A DNA stretch of 59,716 nt, filler included, from Sphacelaria rigidula (GCA_964200075.2; 6 parts of 6 records of this genome joined end to end with filler, not necessarily neighbours in it); one strand, 5' to 3'; positions 11,491 through 24,966 are shown, numbered from the whole stretch's first letter. Notes: generated from the sequence alone by a model not told the origin. Numbers and translations: made by a program.

Positions 11491-12864
11491 TTGCCCGGGC
11501 ATCACAAATTACGTGCCGTCTTCATGTCGCGTTACCCGCTTCTTTCCCATATCGCGGCTGAATGCTGCGCAAGACACAAACACTATCAACAGTAGTTCAG
11601 GCCGCCACTGGTGTACAGTCTGTACTGTCTGAACTGTACTATATATAAGTGAAGAAGTAACGCTTCACGAATGTCATCCACGTGCCTTTTGGATTCAAAG
11701 CCTGCAAATTCGCTCGAACCCAAATATATCAAAGCGAACCAATATGCGGAGAGCCGAGTTTGAGATAGCTCTACTGAGCACATCTCAAGTACGTGCTACG
11801 TCGCTCTTATCATGAATGAAATTAGGCACTACTCATCACGGATCTCTAAATGTGTGTGAGCAGCGTCAGAGTATTAGCACGCTTGTGTCCGGCGTGATGT
11901 TGTGTGCGCGAAAATGCCGAGTCGAAGCAAGGAGAGAGGGAGAGGGGAAAATGGGCTACTTACCTAGAAAGAACATCAAAGTGCTGATGACACTACTCGT
12001 ATAGACAGACAGGGACAGAGGAAAATCAAATGTAGATACTAATTCCACTACAGGGGGACTCACCTTGAGATATGTTCGTAGCGATTTGCTGGCCGGTTCG
12101 ACGTTGGTCTCTCCTCTATCCTTTCCCTACGCAAACCTTCACGAGGAGCTGCCCGATCAGCCAACTCCGAGAAAAATCAGGTCTGGCAGGTCTTCAGTGC
12201 GTGTAGGGTTCATGGCAAAAAATGTACGCCTCGGACGCTCCTGTACGTTGCGATGGCGAGCACCCATTTGGTCTCCATTTTTCGCCGTAGAATCCGAGAT
12301 ACGTCTCTGCCCCCCGCTCACGTTGGGACCAGGACGTCTCGCGTCTTGAGTTGCCGGCGACTCGCTCATGGTGTGTGCGATACAGCTAACCTCAAGTAAC
12401 CTCCAAAGGTGCCTCAGTTGAGTGAAGTTGCGACAGTCAAGTCTCAGAAGTTCAATTAAGCCTGGTGGTCCTCGAAACTTTGGTCGAGCTGGGCTGCTCT
12501 TGAGACTGCTCACAGACAGAAGCGAAACACAACGCCATGAGTACCAATGAAGCTGAAACTTGTTGAGGGCGTCTCGGTTGATGTCAGAAGAGCGATGGAA
12601 GTTTTTTTTCGCGCAGTGAGGCTTCGAATCCATTCGGGAAAAAAAAATGCGTGATTCCGAGAATCGTTGTGAGACCAGACGGACAGGATAAGACAGGAGA
12701 CTTTTTAATTTCGGTTCAGTAGAAGCCTTTTCAGCCCTAAGGGCCTCAAAGGGAATGCTTTGTACATTGCCAGCACCCTGAAGGGCAAGATGTCTGGGGC
12801 TGGTTACGCTCTGTGCCAAAGCGATGACTGAGCGACGGACGGGTTCAGCCATTGTATTCCATAC

Positions 12865-13191
12865 TTTTTGCCGTTCTTCTCCCCTTCCGCTCGTGGCAGC
12901 ATGTTGCCCCGTTTGCCCTGTTGTAAAAAGAGGTAAAAGTAAACGTGGATTCTGGCGTCTCCACGCCATAGAAAGAGGAAAAAAGAATTGTGGGCTCTTG
13001 GGCCTCCGGGTTGTAGATAATAGTGAAGGGATGCGTGGGCTCTTGCGTCTGCAGGTCGTAAAAAGAGGTATAGAGAAGCGTGGGCTCTTGAGTCTCCAGG
13101 CCGTAGGAATAGATCAAAAGAAGGGTTCGAGAAGTTCTTCGTCCATTCGGTTCAGTGCCGTATGCTGGGTTGGACGGCGGCTGTGGAAGGC
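12865..13191 (-). CDS. Putative phase 1-1 exon encoding a 15-aa repeat (YxxETQEPTxxxxSF)
   Basis: Acceptor TAGTACAG| and donor |GTATGG. Several differences between repeat units are synonymous in this frame (ACT/ACG, ACG/ACA, GAG/GAA, TAC/TAT, TTT/TTC). Confidence 0.4.
12923..13125. repeat. 45-bp tandem repeat, about 4.5 copies
   Basis: Units start at 12923, 12968, 13013, 13058 and 13103 and share the core GTGGGCTCTTG. Confidence 0.85.
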
Positions 13192-15099
13192 CTGTACTAG
13201 TCAAATAGAGGTACACTTTGAACCTAATATGAGACATCGTAAGGCAAAATGAGGTACAATATAACGTTAGTATAATAGTGTTTACTGGGTACACCTACAC
13301 CACTGCTGGACAAAATAGGGTACTCAGCAAGGCCCTCGTTTCCTGCGGCGCTACTCGGCCGTAAATCCGTGTTCTTATTTCGTGAAAGTTGGTGTACATG
13401 CTCTGCATGGGCTCTGGGCGAGTTGACTTCGCGTGGGGATTTTGTTTTTGAGTGGTGTGGGCCTAGCACGTGCAGCTTCAATTTGCGCGCTTAAAAAGTA
13501 TATCCGTTCTGTTCATTCCGCGCAAGTGACCAGTTGATTTGCATACTTCGTATACCTGGGTAGTGTTCTAGTTTTAAAGCTGAAACGATGTCCCAAAATA
13601 TACTGCGCACAAACGGTTCTCATCATGCTGCTCTGTATTATGCGTGTAGTTTATAGTTCCACCGCACATGTTTGACTTGCCAGTCGTGTGAGAGCACAGA
13701 GCCGTGAGTGATTATCCGTCACCGTTGCTTACCCCAGCTCGATGTTTCTCGAGATGCACTGCCGGCTCATCGACGTAGCTTGTATACTGTAGTACCGTGA
13801 ACCGATTACTCGTATCGACCAGTAAGAAGGCATATATGAGCGTTTGTGTGGGGGGAGACAACTGATGGTGGCAGTAGAACCTGATTCGTGGTACCAGCCC
13901 TGCGATGTTGATGCTGGATAAACAGGATGGTTAGGAAAGGTGACCCCGCCGCCGCTGGCAAGGTTCGTTGTGTGCCCATGTTTGCTGAGGTGATGTGCTT
14001 AGCTGCGCGGCGTGAAGTCTCATGCATGTTGTGAGTACTCTACAAGCGGACAAATACGACAACAAAAAACAGTCCTGGGAGCCTCCTCGGCAAGAGAAAA
14101 TCTGCGGACCCTCCTGGGAAAATTGCTGAGGCGGCAACACGCAAACAAATCTGGCGGTGGGCTGCACCTTGTGCTGCTGCGAGGCAGACCGCTGTTACCA
14201 TATATCACCGAGAGTACGGCAGCTTCATGTTAGGTTAATTTGTTTGCCTCACCCTGTAATACCTTACGCGTCTTTGGTAGCACCGTAGTATACTACAATA
14301 ACTGAATGAGCGCACAGGCAGCTGTAACCATGTGATTTTTTTCACCTCGTTTCGGCAAAGCTTTGATGCCTCAAAACCTGCGAGCAGGGCGTGCAACCAC
14401 GATTGCTCACGCACTTTTCCAGAGCACCTCGCGCCGTGTTTGCCATCGAGAGTTTTGATGTATTACAGCGTCATGGCGACTACCGCATATGAAAGACGGG
14501 TTGAGGCAGCGAATTGTTCATCTGACTCGGGGCGCAGCCGCTTGCACACCATGAGGGTTGAGGGGTTGTAACAGACAGTACGTAGCAAATCCACTTCACT
14601 GCGGGCGTGGCTGCGGTCTACATTTCATCCTGCCAACCTGACGCTGAATGCGTGCATTTGTCCTGCTCTCTCGAATTGGGCACCATGTCACACAAGAAAA
14701 GTATGCATTGGTTAGGTGTGGAAGGTAGCCTCTAGGTGGGTCGCTTCGTGTACGCAAGGCTTCCTAGGACCCCGTATTATAGTTTATAGCGGCTACAGTC
14801 ATAGTGCAAACTCTCGACGTCACGCCAAGACCATGCATACCTCTTGCTTGTCGAGTCGATCAGCTAGCTCTGCAGAAGGGCGGCACGTAATGAGCACTGC
14901 GGATAGCATGTAGGTTATCCTTGGTCAAGGGTGGGTGATGTCGTATTCAGTGGTCAGCAATGGTGGAGTGCAGTTCAGTATAAAGTGGCGAATATTGCTC
15001 TCAGAGATCGTTGGCTTGCGTTTCTTCTGAGCGGAAAGGGATCACAGGCCGTTGCCTATCCCATGTTTTTAGTGTATCATCCTCGAGCGGGTTAAGGTG

Positions 15100-17030
15100 T
15101 CAGGAACCGCAGTTGAATCACTTCAAAGTCTTCTCTACAGAGTCATTATTCACCCTGAAACAGTCCCGCAGGAGTGGAAAGCGGCAACCGTCAAAGTGCT
15201 CTACGAGAAATCAGACCGCTCCAACTGTCACAACTACAGGGGAATCTCACGGGTCACGAACGCAGAGAACGTGCTCCGGAAGATAGTGGCCAGCCACCTC
15301 AGCGACTACGAAGCCCATGGGACACTACCAGAGGAACAGTGCGGCTTCCGATCTAATCGAACTGCTGTCGACATGTTTATAGTGCACCGACTCCAGAAAC
15401 TGGGACAGTGGCGGACAATACCACTGCATATGCGCTTTGTCGACCTCGAGAAGGACCATGATTCGGTCTACCAAAAACTTCCGTGGCAGATGCTGGTATT
15501 TCGGTTGAAATGAAAGCAGTTATCTGCTAATTCCCCGGCGGCATGCAGGCCCGCGTCCGCGTGGACCACGTGGAGCTCTCGGAGTGGTTCGAGGTCACAC
15601 AGGGGCTGCGACAAGGATGTGTCATGTCTTCACTGCTGTTCAATATTTTCTTCGCTGCGGCGCTCGAGATAGTTTTCGTGCGGTTCAGCGATGACAACAT
15701 CATCGTCGAGGACATGACAAATCGTGACGAGGAGACGGGGAAAGGGGTGGAGATGCCTCGGAGGCGCGTACTGAGAGTGGTGTGGGGAATGTTCTATGCT
15801 GCCGCCGTCGTCTCGAAGTCCCCTGGCGGTCTGACGAGGGTGATGACCGTCGTAGTGCACGTATCTGGGGCCCTTGCACTGACGGTATTGGAGAAGACGG
15901 AAACTCTCCTGATGCAAGAACCAGGAAACCCACCACAGCAGCGGGAGCCACCAACACCATTTCCCCCTCCACTGGCCGTTGAAGCAGCGGACGAGAAGTA
16001 CGCATACACCACTTAGTGCCGATACTTGGCTGAGCTCGTCCGCGAAGACGACGAACTCACACAAGAGAACAAAAGGGGCAGAGCAGCGGTGGCGTGCACC
16101 AGGAATTATTCCTGGGAGCAATTTGACCGACCAAAGGCACCATGGAGATTCAAGGTCCGACTGGCAAAGGCGGGGGTGATGGAGGTCCTCTTGTATGCCC
16201 GCATGACGTGGGCTCCGCGCCGCGAACACTAAAAGATGGTCAGGAAAATCCACTACCGGGTCCTGCGAGTTATCGGGAACACCGCGTGCGAGGCATATAC
16301 CAACAGCTTTCGGAAACCCAAGCGCTCAAGAAAACCTGATGCGCAAGTGCTGGAGCCAGCGTCCGGCAGCGGCGACTGCTGTTTACGGAAGCCCTGGCTG
16401 GACAATCAGACGGACGACTACCGAAGTGGTTGGTATGCGAAACACTCGTGGGGGGTGGGTGGATCCGGGACCAGGGTACCCGGAGCAAAACTGACTGAAA
16501 TGCCTCAGGGATGATCTTTAGCTTTCGGAGCCACAGACGGCTATACGGACGGCAGTCGACCGACGTTCGGAGTTGAGAGCGTCCTCTGGGCATCAGCAGC
16601 GAAGGAGGGGGGTATACCATGGCACGCGGAGGTGATGCAGGTAGCCAAGAGGCCAACCAAATATATGGGCTTGAACGGGACATCGACAAAACCAACACAA
16701 CAGTGACGGTGACTCAGAGGAGGAAACGGGAAAAACAAGGGCATAAGCGAAGAAAGGCTCAAATCGAGGATACCAATGTAGCCGAGGAGAGCATGAAGGA
16801 GATGGCGGAACGTGTCACAATATATGTACCGAACTGAGTATAGAGGGAGTGGAGGTAATCCCCAGCATCCCCCATTTTTTTGTCTTGCTGATTCTTGCCT
16901 TCCATTGTAAACCTCACCCGAGGTGCAGTGTCGTTGTGTGGTGCATTTCCTAGCGCGCCTAGTATATTCGTACATACGGCTGTCCCTCGAGAGGTACAAT
17001 GATGGAACCAGGCGATTATTATTGTTATAG
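15100..17030 (+). mobile_element. 5'-truncated, degenerate non-LTR retrotransposon (RTE-like LINE), RT region to 3' tail
   Basis: VPQEWKAATVKVLYEKSDRSNCHNYRGIS, LPEEQCGFRSNRTAVDM, FVDLEKDHDSV, GLRQGCVMSSLLFNIFF. The YADD motif is lost (MFYAAAVV). Frameshifts are present, and a short ATT-repeat tail lies at ~17015-17028. Confidence 0.92.
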
Positions 17031-17866
17031 ATTGCCATGTGTCCAGGGCGCTTCCAATTTCAATTTATTTCTGTGTTCGTGACGTTGCCGTCTCGGATTT
17101 CGGCGGTGAAACCGGAGTGGTCTCGCCTGGGCCCTTCTACTCTGAAGTGAAAAGGTCTGCCCGTAACTTATTGTGTAATTTACACGTGGTATCTATCTTC
17201 CATGGTTCAGACGAATCATCGCCGATTTGAATCACCAAATCCACGATTTCTTAGGCCTGATTTCTCGAAAGAGAGAAAAAATTCGACCGCTGGTCAAACA
17301 GGTCTCCACGCAACTTTTGCGCCATTCCACGTGCCTGGGCTACGCGTACCTGGGTTGCAACGCTGAAAACAATACCTAAGGACTGATTCGTACGGTACGA
17401 ATCAATTACACTAAAAATCGAATGATTTCCGGACAAATCATTGATTCGTCCAACCCTTGCTATCTTCGTACGGTATGCAGTGGAGGGACTGGTGGACTCG
17501 TTTCAGTACCAAAACGCCCAGGTATTCATCATAATGCAAATGCTTCGTTTTGTGTCTCGTTCGAATCACGTGTTTCATACTGCCTGTACTGCAGTATGGT
17601 TGCGTCCTAGCATTCCCTGGTAGAAGCTACGCTTTCCGCGCGTCGTACACAGTTCATGATAACAAGAGCATGTCGGTGGCCTACATATAATGCATATCCG
17701 TTTTTGAACTGGTACTGTATAGAGGAAAGTGCCCTATTAGGCCCAATGCCATATTAAGCACACTTCGGAAAAAACGGTTACAAAATGATGCTCACTACGT
17801 GGAACTCCTTTTTTTTTCGTTCGCAACGGTGAGTCTACATCTCCAGCTTTCATTTGCGCTCTTCAG

Positions 17867-18120
17867 CGTGCCGATCGACCTCGTCACTGACGAGCTACGG
17901 CAGTCACAATCACTGGGTCTGCCCGTGCAGGCTAATGATGTTGGTTTGGTGTCGAACGTACAGCTAAGGACGAAGCAAAAGGTGACACGACATGTACACT
18001 TGAGCGTGGCCCAGGCGGCCCGAACCACTGACAGGAGCAAGTACATGACACCTGCGGCGGCTGAGAATGCTGTTTTAGCGCTGTACAGCACTCGCCACCT
18101 GAAGAGCGGATGCGAAAAGG
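17867..18120 (+). CDS. Possible isolated exon, product unknown
   Basis: Pyrimidine-rich acceptor TTTGCGCTCTTCAG|, an open frame (VPIDLVTDELRQ...LKSGCEK) and donor G|GTACAG. No partner exons found. Confidence 0.25.
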
Positions 18121-19434
18121 GTACAGCAGTCAGTCCTACAGCAGTTTTGACCCGACAAGAAAATTTTATATTGCTTTTATGTTTGGCGCGGGCGAAATCA
18201 GGAGCGTATGCCCATGTTTGAAACCCCATAAAGTGAGTAAACTGGCACCAAAACACATTATTTGTTTTCGGGGACCTTCACATGTCCACGCAACAGTCAA
18301 TCAATGCATCAAACTGTTGATTTTGCGTCGCCTACCGTGCACGGGGCACGCATGAAGTAAAAATACACGAAAAACTGCCCCGAAATCGACTGTCCTGAAC
18401 CCTGGTGATGTGTGTTTTTTGTCCCCGGATATGGGCATGAGTGTGCTTTCTAAGTATTGGGTTCTGAGACGTTCCAGAACGCAGGTGATCGCATAATACG
18501 CTAAAATGTGCGTAATAGGACAGCAGTCGTGATTTCAGACTTTTCTGCGCGTAGGAATCATGAACCGCAGAGCCGCTACCGCCTCTCCACAACACTTTTT
18601 TTCTTTTCTTTTCTTTTTGGATGTTGGAGAGTAGTCTAAGCTATCGTTGGATGCCAAAATATCGATTCAAGTCGAAAAACTGCCGACAAACCAGCCTTTG
18701 GCATCAGGGGTGGCTTAAGGTGGGCCTAATGCGGTACTTTCCTCTATATTATTTGGTACAACACACAGCATGCGGGGGTTCTATAAAAAACAGCTGGTTC
18801 ACCACAAGCTAAGTGCAACAACGATGGACTCGCTGGCATCTCTTCTGCGTGTTTTCGAATAAAGCTTAATTAAACATGAGGAGCACTACCGTGACGGGCT
18901 GCCACAGGAGAGTACAGCGCTTTACGCACAACGCGCTGGCACGATGTCGACAACACGGGAAACGCTAGCGCGCGTGCTGCTCGAAAAAAACGCTCTCCGC
19001 GTGTAATATAATCCAATGCGTTTTATTGAATTCAATGCAAAGGTCACCCTAGGGGTGTGGAGCTGACACTACTGTGTAACAACCGCATCGTGCGGCATTC
19101 GGCGGTACTACCTGCTCACTGCACAGCGGTAGGGTGAAGGGTGACAAAGCAAACCGCAGGACGTGACATCCTCAACCTATTCATGCCCTGCATTAATTTC
19201 GCGTTGTCCTATGCAGTTCGCCACATCATGAAGGCAGCCGCTTGTATCTTCGGCAAACGTGTAGGTGGGATATCACGCCACGCGCTACAGTATATCGCTA
19301 CATACCATTTGTAAAGCTGTCCATGTTGCAGCTACAGCGCGCGTTTGCCCCAAGTGGCGCACGCAGGAGTCGAAGGTCGCCTCCGCCGCGGTAATGGCTG
19401 CCTGAATCTTGGGCGAAGCTAAATGGTAACACAG

Positions 19435-19530
19435 CCGAGCCGTGGCTGGTGCGCCCACATATTCCGAAAGATGGAGACGGGCGTCCCGAATAGATGGGAC
19501 GACAACACACACAACACACTGTACGCATTA
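19435..19530 (-). repeat. Dispersed repeat, homologous to 42460-42545 (+)
   Basis: TCCCATCTATTCGGGACGCCCGTCTCCATCTTTCGGAATATGTGGGCGCACCAGCC versus TCCCATCTATTCTGGACGCCAGTCTACACCTTTCGGTTTATGTGGGCGCATCAGCC. Confidence 0.75.
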
Positions 19531-19840
19531 CACTTCCAACATCGTGTTCGTACTGACTGTAGAAATCTTTTGTCCGCGGTTGGATACATTCACATATATA
19601 ATGGAGGGTCTGGTATGTTTCCACCTTTACACGCTGGGTCGCCCAAGAAGCTCACTTTCCTTCAGCCCGTTCTAACTCACGATGTATCGCGAGTCGTGCC
19701 CACTATGACACATAGTGGCAATCGGCAAATCAGCGTGCGTCTTCAAATCTATGTAGCACTGCGATCCGACAAGGTCTCGTCAAACAAAATACCAAACTGT
19801 AATCAAGTGTGAAAGTGTAGAGAGTTGAGGGTACTATGTG

Positions 19841-19940
19841 NNNNNNNNNNNNNNNNNNNNNNNNNNNNNNNNNNNNNNNNNNNNTTAATTAATTAANNNN
19901 NNNNNNNNNNNNNNNNNNNNNNNNNNNNNNNNNNNNNNNN
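19841..19940. other. Artificial contig linker
   Basis: Same 44N-TTAATTAATTAA-44N spacer. Confidence 0.98.
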
Positions 19941-20165
19941 GCCCAATTCGTTTCCGGTGATGAGATATTGCTCCGCCAGATTCAATCCGTTTCTGGGCTG
20001 GCGCAGCTCGTATATAGTAGGCGTTTCGAAGTACGCGTGGCAAGTGCAGTAGGTCTTATTCCATTCGCATGTTGGTGTTGCATTCCAATTTGGCGCTCAC
20101 CGGAGCCCTTCACCCCTCACAACTTTGCACCACCTAGCAACATTGTTTTGAGCTACTTTGCAAGC

Positions 20166-20429
20166 GTAATAACAAAGCTATCAGCAACCACCTGGAGACA
20201 TCTCGCTTGCAAACAAGTCAAGAGCACCCTTTTGAACGTGAAAGTGAGCTCCTGCTTGGCCTTATGATGCAGTGCTGGCCGGACTCAAGGGTCTGTCACT
20301 CACGAGTTCGAGGGTCACTCCTCTCGACTGCAATCGTTCACTGCGGCCGGCCGCAAGCTTCGCGCTACCCCTGGCCTGGTATGTTCTTTGAGAGTGACAC
20401 CAGTATCACCTCGTGGTCAGACCACAACA
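20166..20429 (+). mobile_element. Partial LTR, same family as the solo LTR at 9158-9587, opposite orientation
   Basis: About 260 bp are colinear with the reverse complement of 9158-9420. It ends in CCACAACA, compared with CCACTACA in the other copy. Confidence 0.8.
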
Positions 20430-22629
20430 TATTTCATTGTGATTGACACATGCGATGTCACCTTGGTTTATGTTGGTTGTCAAGCTCTTTCCTTTGTCTT
20501 GAACTCGCTTTGAGGGTGCTGTAGCCAAATGATACCAAGCCGTAGGTTTCAATATAATCGCATGCATGATTGGAGCAAACAGTGTTTTCGTGAGATTGAG
20601 AGTCTACGATACAACTGAGAGTAGGCTTTTCATGGCTTTCAGCGGCCGGTTGTGCCTGCATCATTAATGGACAAAACGCTTACCTCGGACATTGGTGCAA
20701 TATCCTGCCGGCAAACCTAACAATGTTTCCATAAAATTGAGCGTTGAAAGTACGATTGAGAGTAAGGTCTTATTCATAACATGACTCGCTTCGCCGGTTC
20801 CCATAATGAGACGACAAGTTTACATGTGTAGCACGTTGAACATTCCTGCCACCCGTTGCCTGAATGGAATGGCAGAATAGTGTTGAAAAATGTTGCGCGC
20901 TGGCCCACAGGTCGCATTTGTGGAAACATGCACCGTTCAAGATGTCTCCAAAGTAGTGCGAGTCGTGCGGTTCGAGTAAAAGATACGATTTAGCCAGGTT
21001 GTGCCCGACTTCATTCGCAAATGCAGTTGATGTCACCATTCGTGTGGACTTGGGGCTCGTGTATATCTTAAAATCACGTTTCTGTTCAAACATTTCGCCG
21101 CAGTTTCTGTCGTTGTTTTTGAAAGCGAAGTCATCGCGTGTGATATGACTGGTGATATCCCGCCTTTTCGTGCCGAGAAAAATCGCAAAACGTGGTGGGA
21201 CCCTGGATTCTGTTCCATGACCTCACCCTCGATGGCAGCGGATCATAACAAATTCTCTTGCACGAAGCCAATGGAGCGCCTCCCGTCTATAAGCTGCAGC
21301 AAATCGATTTTGCCAGGGACTCTCGCCAACCGCATCGGATTTCCGAAAATGCACTCGAAACATGTGCCGATGGACCCATCAAGAATAGCTCATAAGCCAT
21401 CAACACGGGAAAACAAATAGTACCGCATCAGCAAATTGGCTGCAAAACACCGGGAGCACTTGGAGCTGGCTTAACCAAAAACAAAACGTCATGCTGTGCT
21501 CAACAGCAATCAACGGTACAACGAACAGCGGACGCTGGGTCTCGGTAGACTCTACGACCACCGCTCCTGCTCCACCTCTACCCCATCCGTGCTCTCCTCC
21601 TTGGGGGACAGTACGTGGCCTACACAAATCGCTGACTCTGCGCAATTTGATGTCACGTCGAGCGTCGACACTTGAAAGAGATGCGTCTTGCACGTCTTCT
21701 GCATGATCCTGGGGAAATGATTGATCGGGGGCAGCGGCGAAGGGTACGGGTGATCACAAGAGTTAATGAGGCAGGTTACAGTCGATAAATCGGGCGCTTC
21801 AGTACAGTTGGGCGAATTTCAACAACTTCAAAGTAGAAACTGGCGCAAACAGGACGTTCCTCTGTCCCGTGTGGGGATGATGCTTCCAAACGTATCCATT
21901 TACTTGGCACCACGCGAGGACGATACCGACACATTCAACACTAGGCGGGTACCCACGATCGAAAAGACTTGGACTCATCATGCCGAGCTGCTGGGCACTC
22001 TCGACTCCGGCGACATTAGATACATCCTCCAAGGCCTTGTCGAGCTTGATCGTGTCTCCGTCGGGGAGGTTCGTCTGGTTCGTGGAAAAGATGCCAGCAA
22101 CAGCGGGGCGAAAGAGACGGTGCGCATCAGGTAGGGGTGCGAGTCAAGAGTTATGACGCATATACATGGGTAGTGCACTCGCTGGGATATCCGTCATCAT
22201 TTGTGATACACACCCATATATTTTCTAGTATGAACAGGAGTGCTAAAACAAATGCGAGGCCCTATGCCGATTTTTTCAATTCTGGGTGTTTTCGGGGGAG
22301 AGGGGGAGGAGGGGGGGGAAGGGGGGGGGTTACTAAATCCCATATATATAAATAAAAAATAAAATAAAAGTAAAAAGTGAAAAGTATGTAAAGAATTAAC
22401 AATTCGCGGTGATGATTCTTCAATTCTTCGCATACCTCCGGAGCTAAGGCCGAGTTATATTCATGAGTTCCGGCACTACATTGCACACCACACTTCCACG
22501 ACAAGAACAAGACCAGACAAATACCCCAATGATCTGCAATGCTTCCTCAATCGAGCTTAGCGCATCTATCTGCACCGCCAATTTGCGTCCAATGTTGTGG
22601 CAGACAGGGCCAACAGGAAAACATTGTTT

Positions 22630-23520
22630 CAGGGCGTTTATGCATGAGGTTGTAGAGAGCAGTGTTGATCTCTTCAGGCGCGAGGCATTGATAGCGTGTT
22701 GTTCGCGCACGAGGGTGAACGCTTTGCGTTGTCGTGCATGTGCGAGCTCGTTGTAGGATATCTGATCCTGATCCAATCCTTGGTGTCCGTCGAACGTGTG
22801 TCGCTCGAGCACGGTGATAGGCAGCCGAGGGTAGCGTCCAAGATGGAGTTCGTTCGGAGAAAGACCTGTGGCGGCATTAACCGAGTTGTTGTAGGACGAC
22901 ATGATGTGCGAGAGATGTAGGTCCCAGTCATTTTGGCGGTCATTGACAACCATAGAGAGCATCTGGGCCATGGTGTGATTAACTCTTTCGGTACCACCGT
23001 TACCGTTCGGGTGGTAGGCGCTCGTGGCAATTTTGCGGATGCCCAGGAGCTTGTAACGCTCATTAGAGAGATCTGAGCAAAACTGCTGACCATTGTCTGA
23101 AAGGAGTCGCTTTGGGCAACCGTAGTGCTTAATGTAATCGTGGATCAATATGTTGGCTGTTCCGGCGGCAGTGAAATCTGCGGCGGTTACCGCGTGCATG
23201 GACGCGTGGCGGCTGAAGCGGTCAGTGAAGAGTAAGATGTAGGTGTCGCCGCAACCTGTGGTCGGTAAGGGGGCGAACTAGTCAAAGGACACAAGGTGGC
23301 CGGGCTCGTCGGGGAGTCCCATAGAGATGACGGGCCAGCGTACTGTCTGTCGTGAAGTTTTTCGGGCTTGACATTGAAGCATCGCTGAATCCAGAAGCGG
23401 GTTGAAATTTCCATGCCAACCCACCAGTAGAAGCGTTCCAAGAGCGCGAGGGTTCGGGTGACGCCAAGGTGACATGACAAGTCTGTGTGGCAGCCTTTCA
23501 TGACCCGGGGGTGCATTCAT
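22630..23520 (-). pseudogene. Gypsy integrase (HHCC + DDE core)
   Basis: CHTDLSCHLGVTRTL...CQARK; LLFTDRFSR; LLSDNGQQF; TSAYHPNGNGGTERVNHTM. Frameshift near 23375 and a TAG at 23278. Confidence 0.93.
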
Positions 23521-24419
23521 AATGGCACATATATGCGCGTTGGTTCGTCATGGAGTAGTCGTGCGGCGCGTCCCGTGGTTGAGGCGGCAATTGCGCCTGT
23601 CAAAGACGTGGGCCGACGCACGAGTAGTTGCCCACCTTCATCCGCAGTAAAACGTGTGCCTTTACGCACGAGCTCGTATACGTCAGAAATGACTGGTGGT
23701 GGCAGTGTACCAACCGGGGCCACAAGAGTGGATGGCAAAGGGACTAGGCAGTCGACTTTTAAGTACCGGATGACTGCGCGACATAGCTGTTCTGCGTTTT
23801 GTTCGGGAGTCCAATCGCGGTGGGAGTAGCTGGCGAGAAACTCGCGTAGTTGACCTTCCGTTGGCGAGCCGACCAAACATGGTGGGGCAGGCGGCGGGGA
23901 AATAGGCGACGGGGCAGGAATGCAGACGTCAATGTCTGTCCCGGAGGCCGGAGCTATGTCGTCAGCGCCGTGCTCAGGAGCGGTAAATGTTGGCGGCGCC
24001 GTGGTGGGCGGCGGGGCTGTATCAGTGCGCGGCGAAGATTGTCCGCGGTGCGTGGTGCACGGTGCAGGAGTATTCGTGGAGCGTTGCGTGTTGGTCCGTG
24101 GAACTTGTGCTGGGTGGCTCACAGAGGTTGCAGGTGTTGTCGGTGGCGGCGGGGCACTCGGTGTGATGCGGGCAGCAGACCGGGAGCGCGTGTTGTCGGA
24201 GATAAGGTGGATGACTGGAGGTGTCTCCGCGAAGAGTTTCGCGCGAGTACCGAAAGTGCGGAAATTGACAAAATCGGAGGTAGTGGGCTTTAACCCACCC
24301 AAGACGGCGTCATATAGAGGGCGAGGTCCTCCCATATGCATACCGGTTTCCGGGCACTGGAGGTCGAGAGCGTAAACGGGCGTTGAAAAACGTCTGATCG
24401 CGTAAATTCCAGTTCATCG

Positions 24420-24952
24420 GGTTCCGTTAAACGACAAGCCGGGCTGGAATCTGCGGCCGTAGGAGGAAGAGGTAGGCGAGAAAGAAGGTCAGCGTTCCCG
24501 TTGGTTTTGCCTGGACGGTGCTTGATGGTATACTGGTATGCTGTTAGAAACTCCAACCATCGTTGTACACGCGGGTTGTGTTCGCCAACCTTGACGAGTT
24601 GTTCGAGTGCTCCGTGATCTGTATAGATCTCAAAGGGCGCGTGAAATAGATATCGTCGAAGGCGCTTAATGGCCCAAGTGATTACTCCGCCTTCCAGTTC
24701 TAGCGGGCTTCAATTGACCTCGTTGGGCAGGGTAGCGCGGGTGATATAGAGGCTGGGTCGGACGAGGCCATCAACCTGAGATTGATTCAAAACTTCTCCA
24801 AATCCGTTTGTGCTGGCGTCAGTGTGGAAGTGGAAAAGGCGGGAGCCATCTTGTACTGCCTCCCAATCAGGAAAGCAGAGCACCGGCTTTTCGGTAAGCG
24901 CCTTGAGTAATTCGCGGGTGATATTCTCCATTTCGGTTGTGAAGGAAAACAC
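24420..24952 (-). pseudogene. Gypsy RNase H
   Basis: FHTDASTNGFG and EFLTAYQYTIKHRPGKTNGNADLLSRLP, with an internal TGA. Confidence 0.9.
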
Positions 24953-24966
24953 GGCTCCTTTTTTTA

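Noticed and set aside
12923..13125. CRISPR array (also considered for 30037-30317 and the MITE cluster)
   Set aside because: No constant repeat with unique equal-length spacers, no cas genes, and the context is eukaryotic.
20166..20429. This LTR as the 3' LTR of the adjacent gypsy element
   Set aside because: No polypurine tract at the junction and no matching 5' LTR is visible. The link is unsupported.
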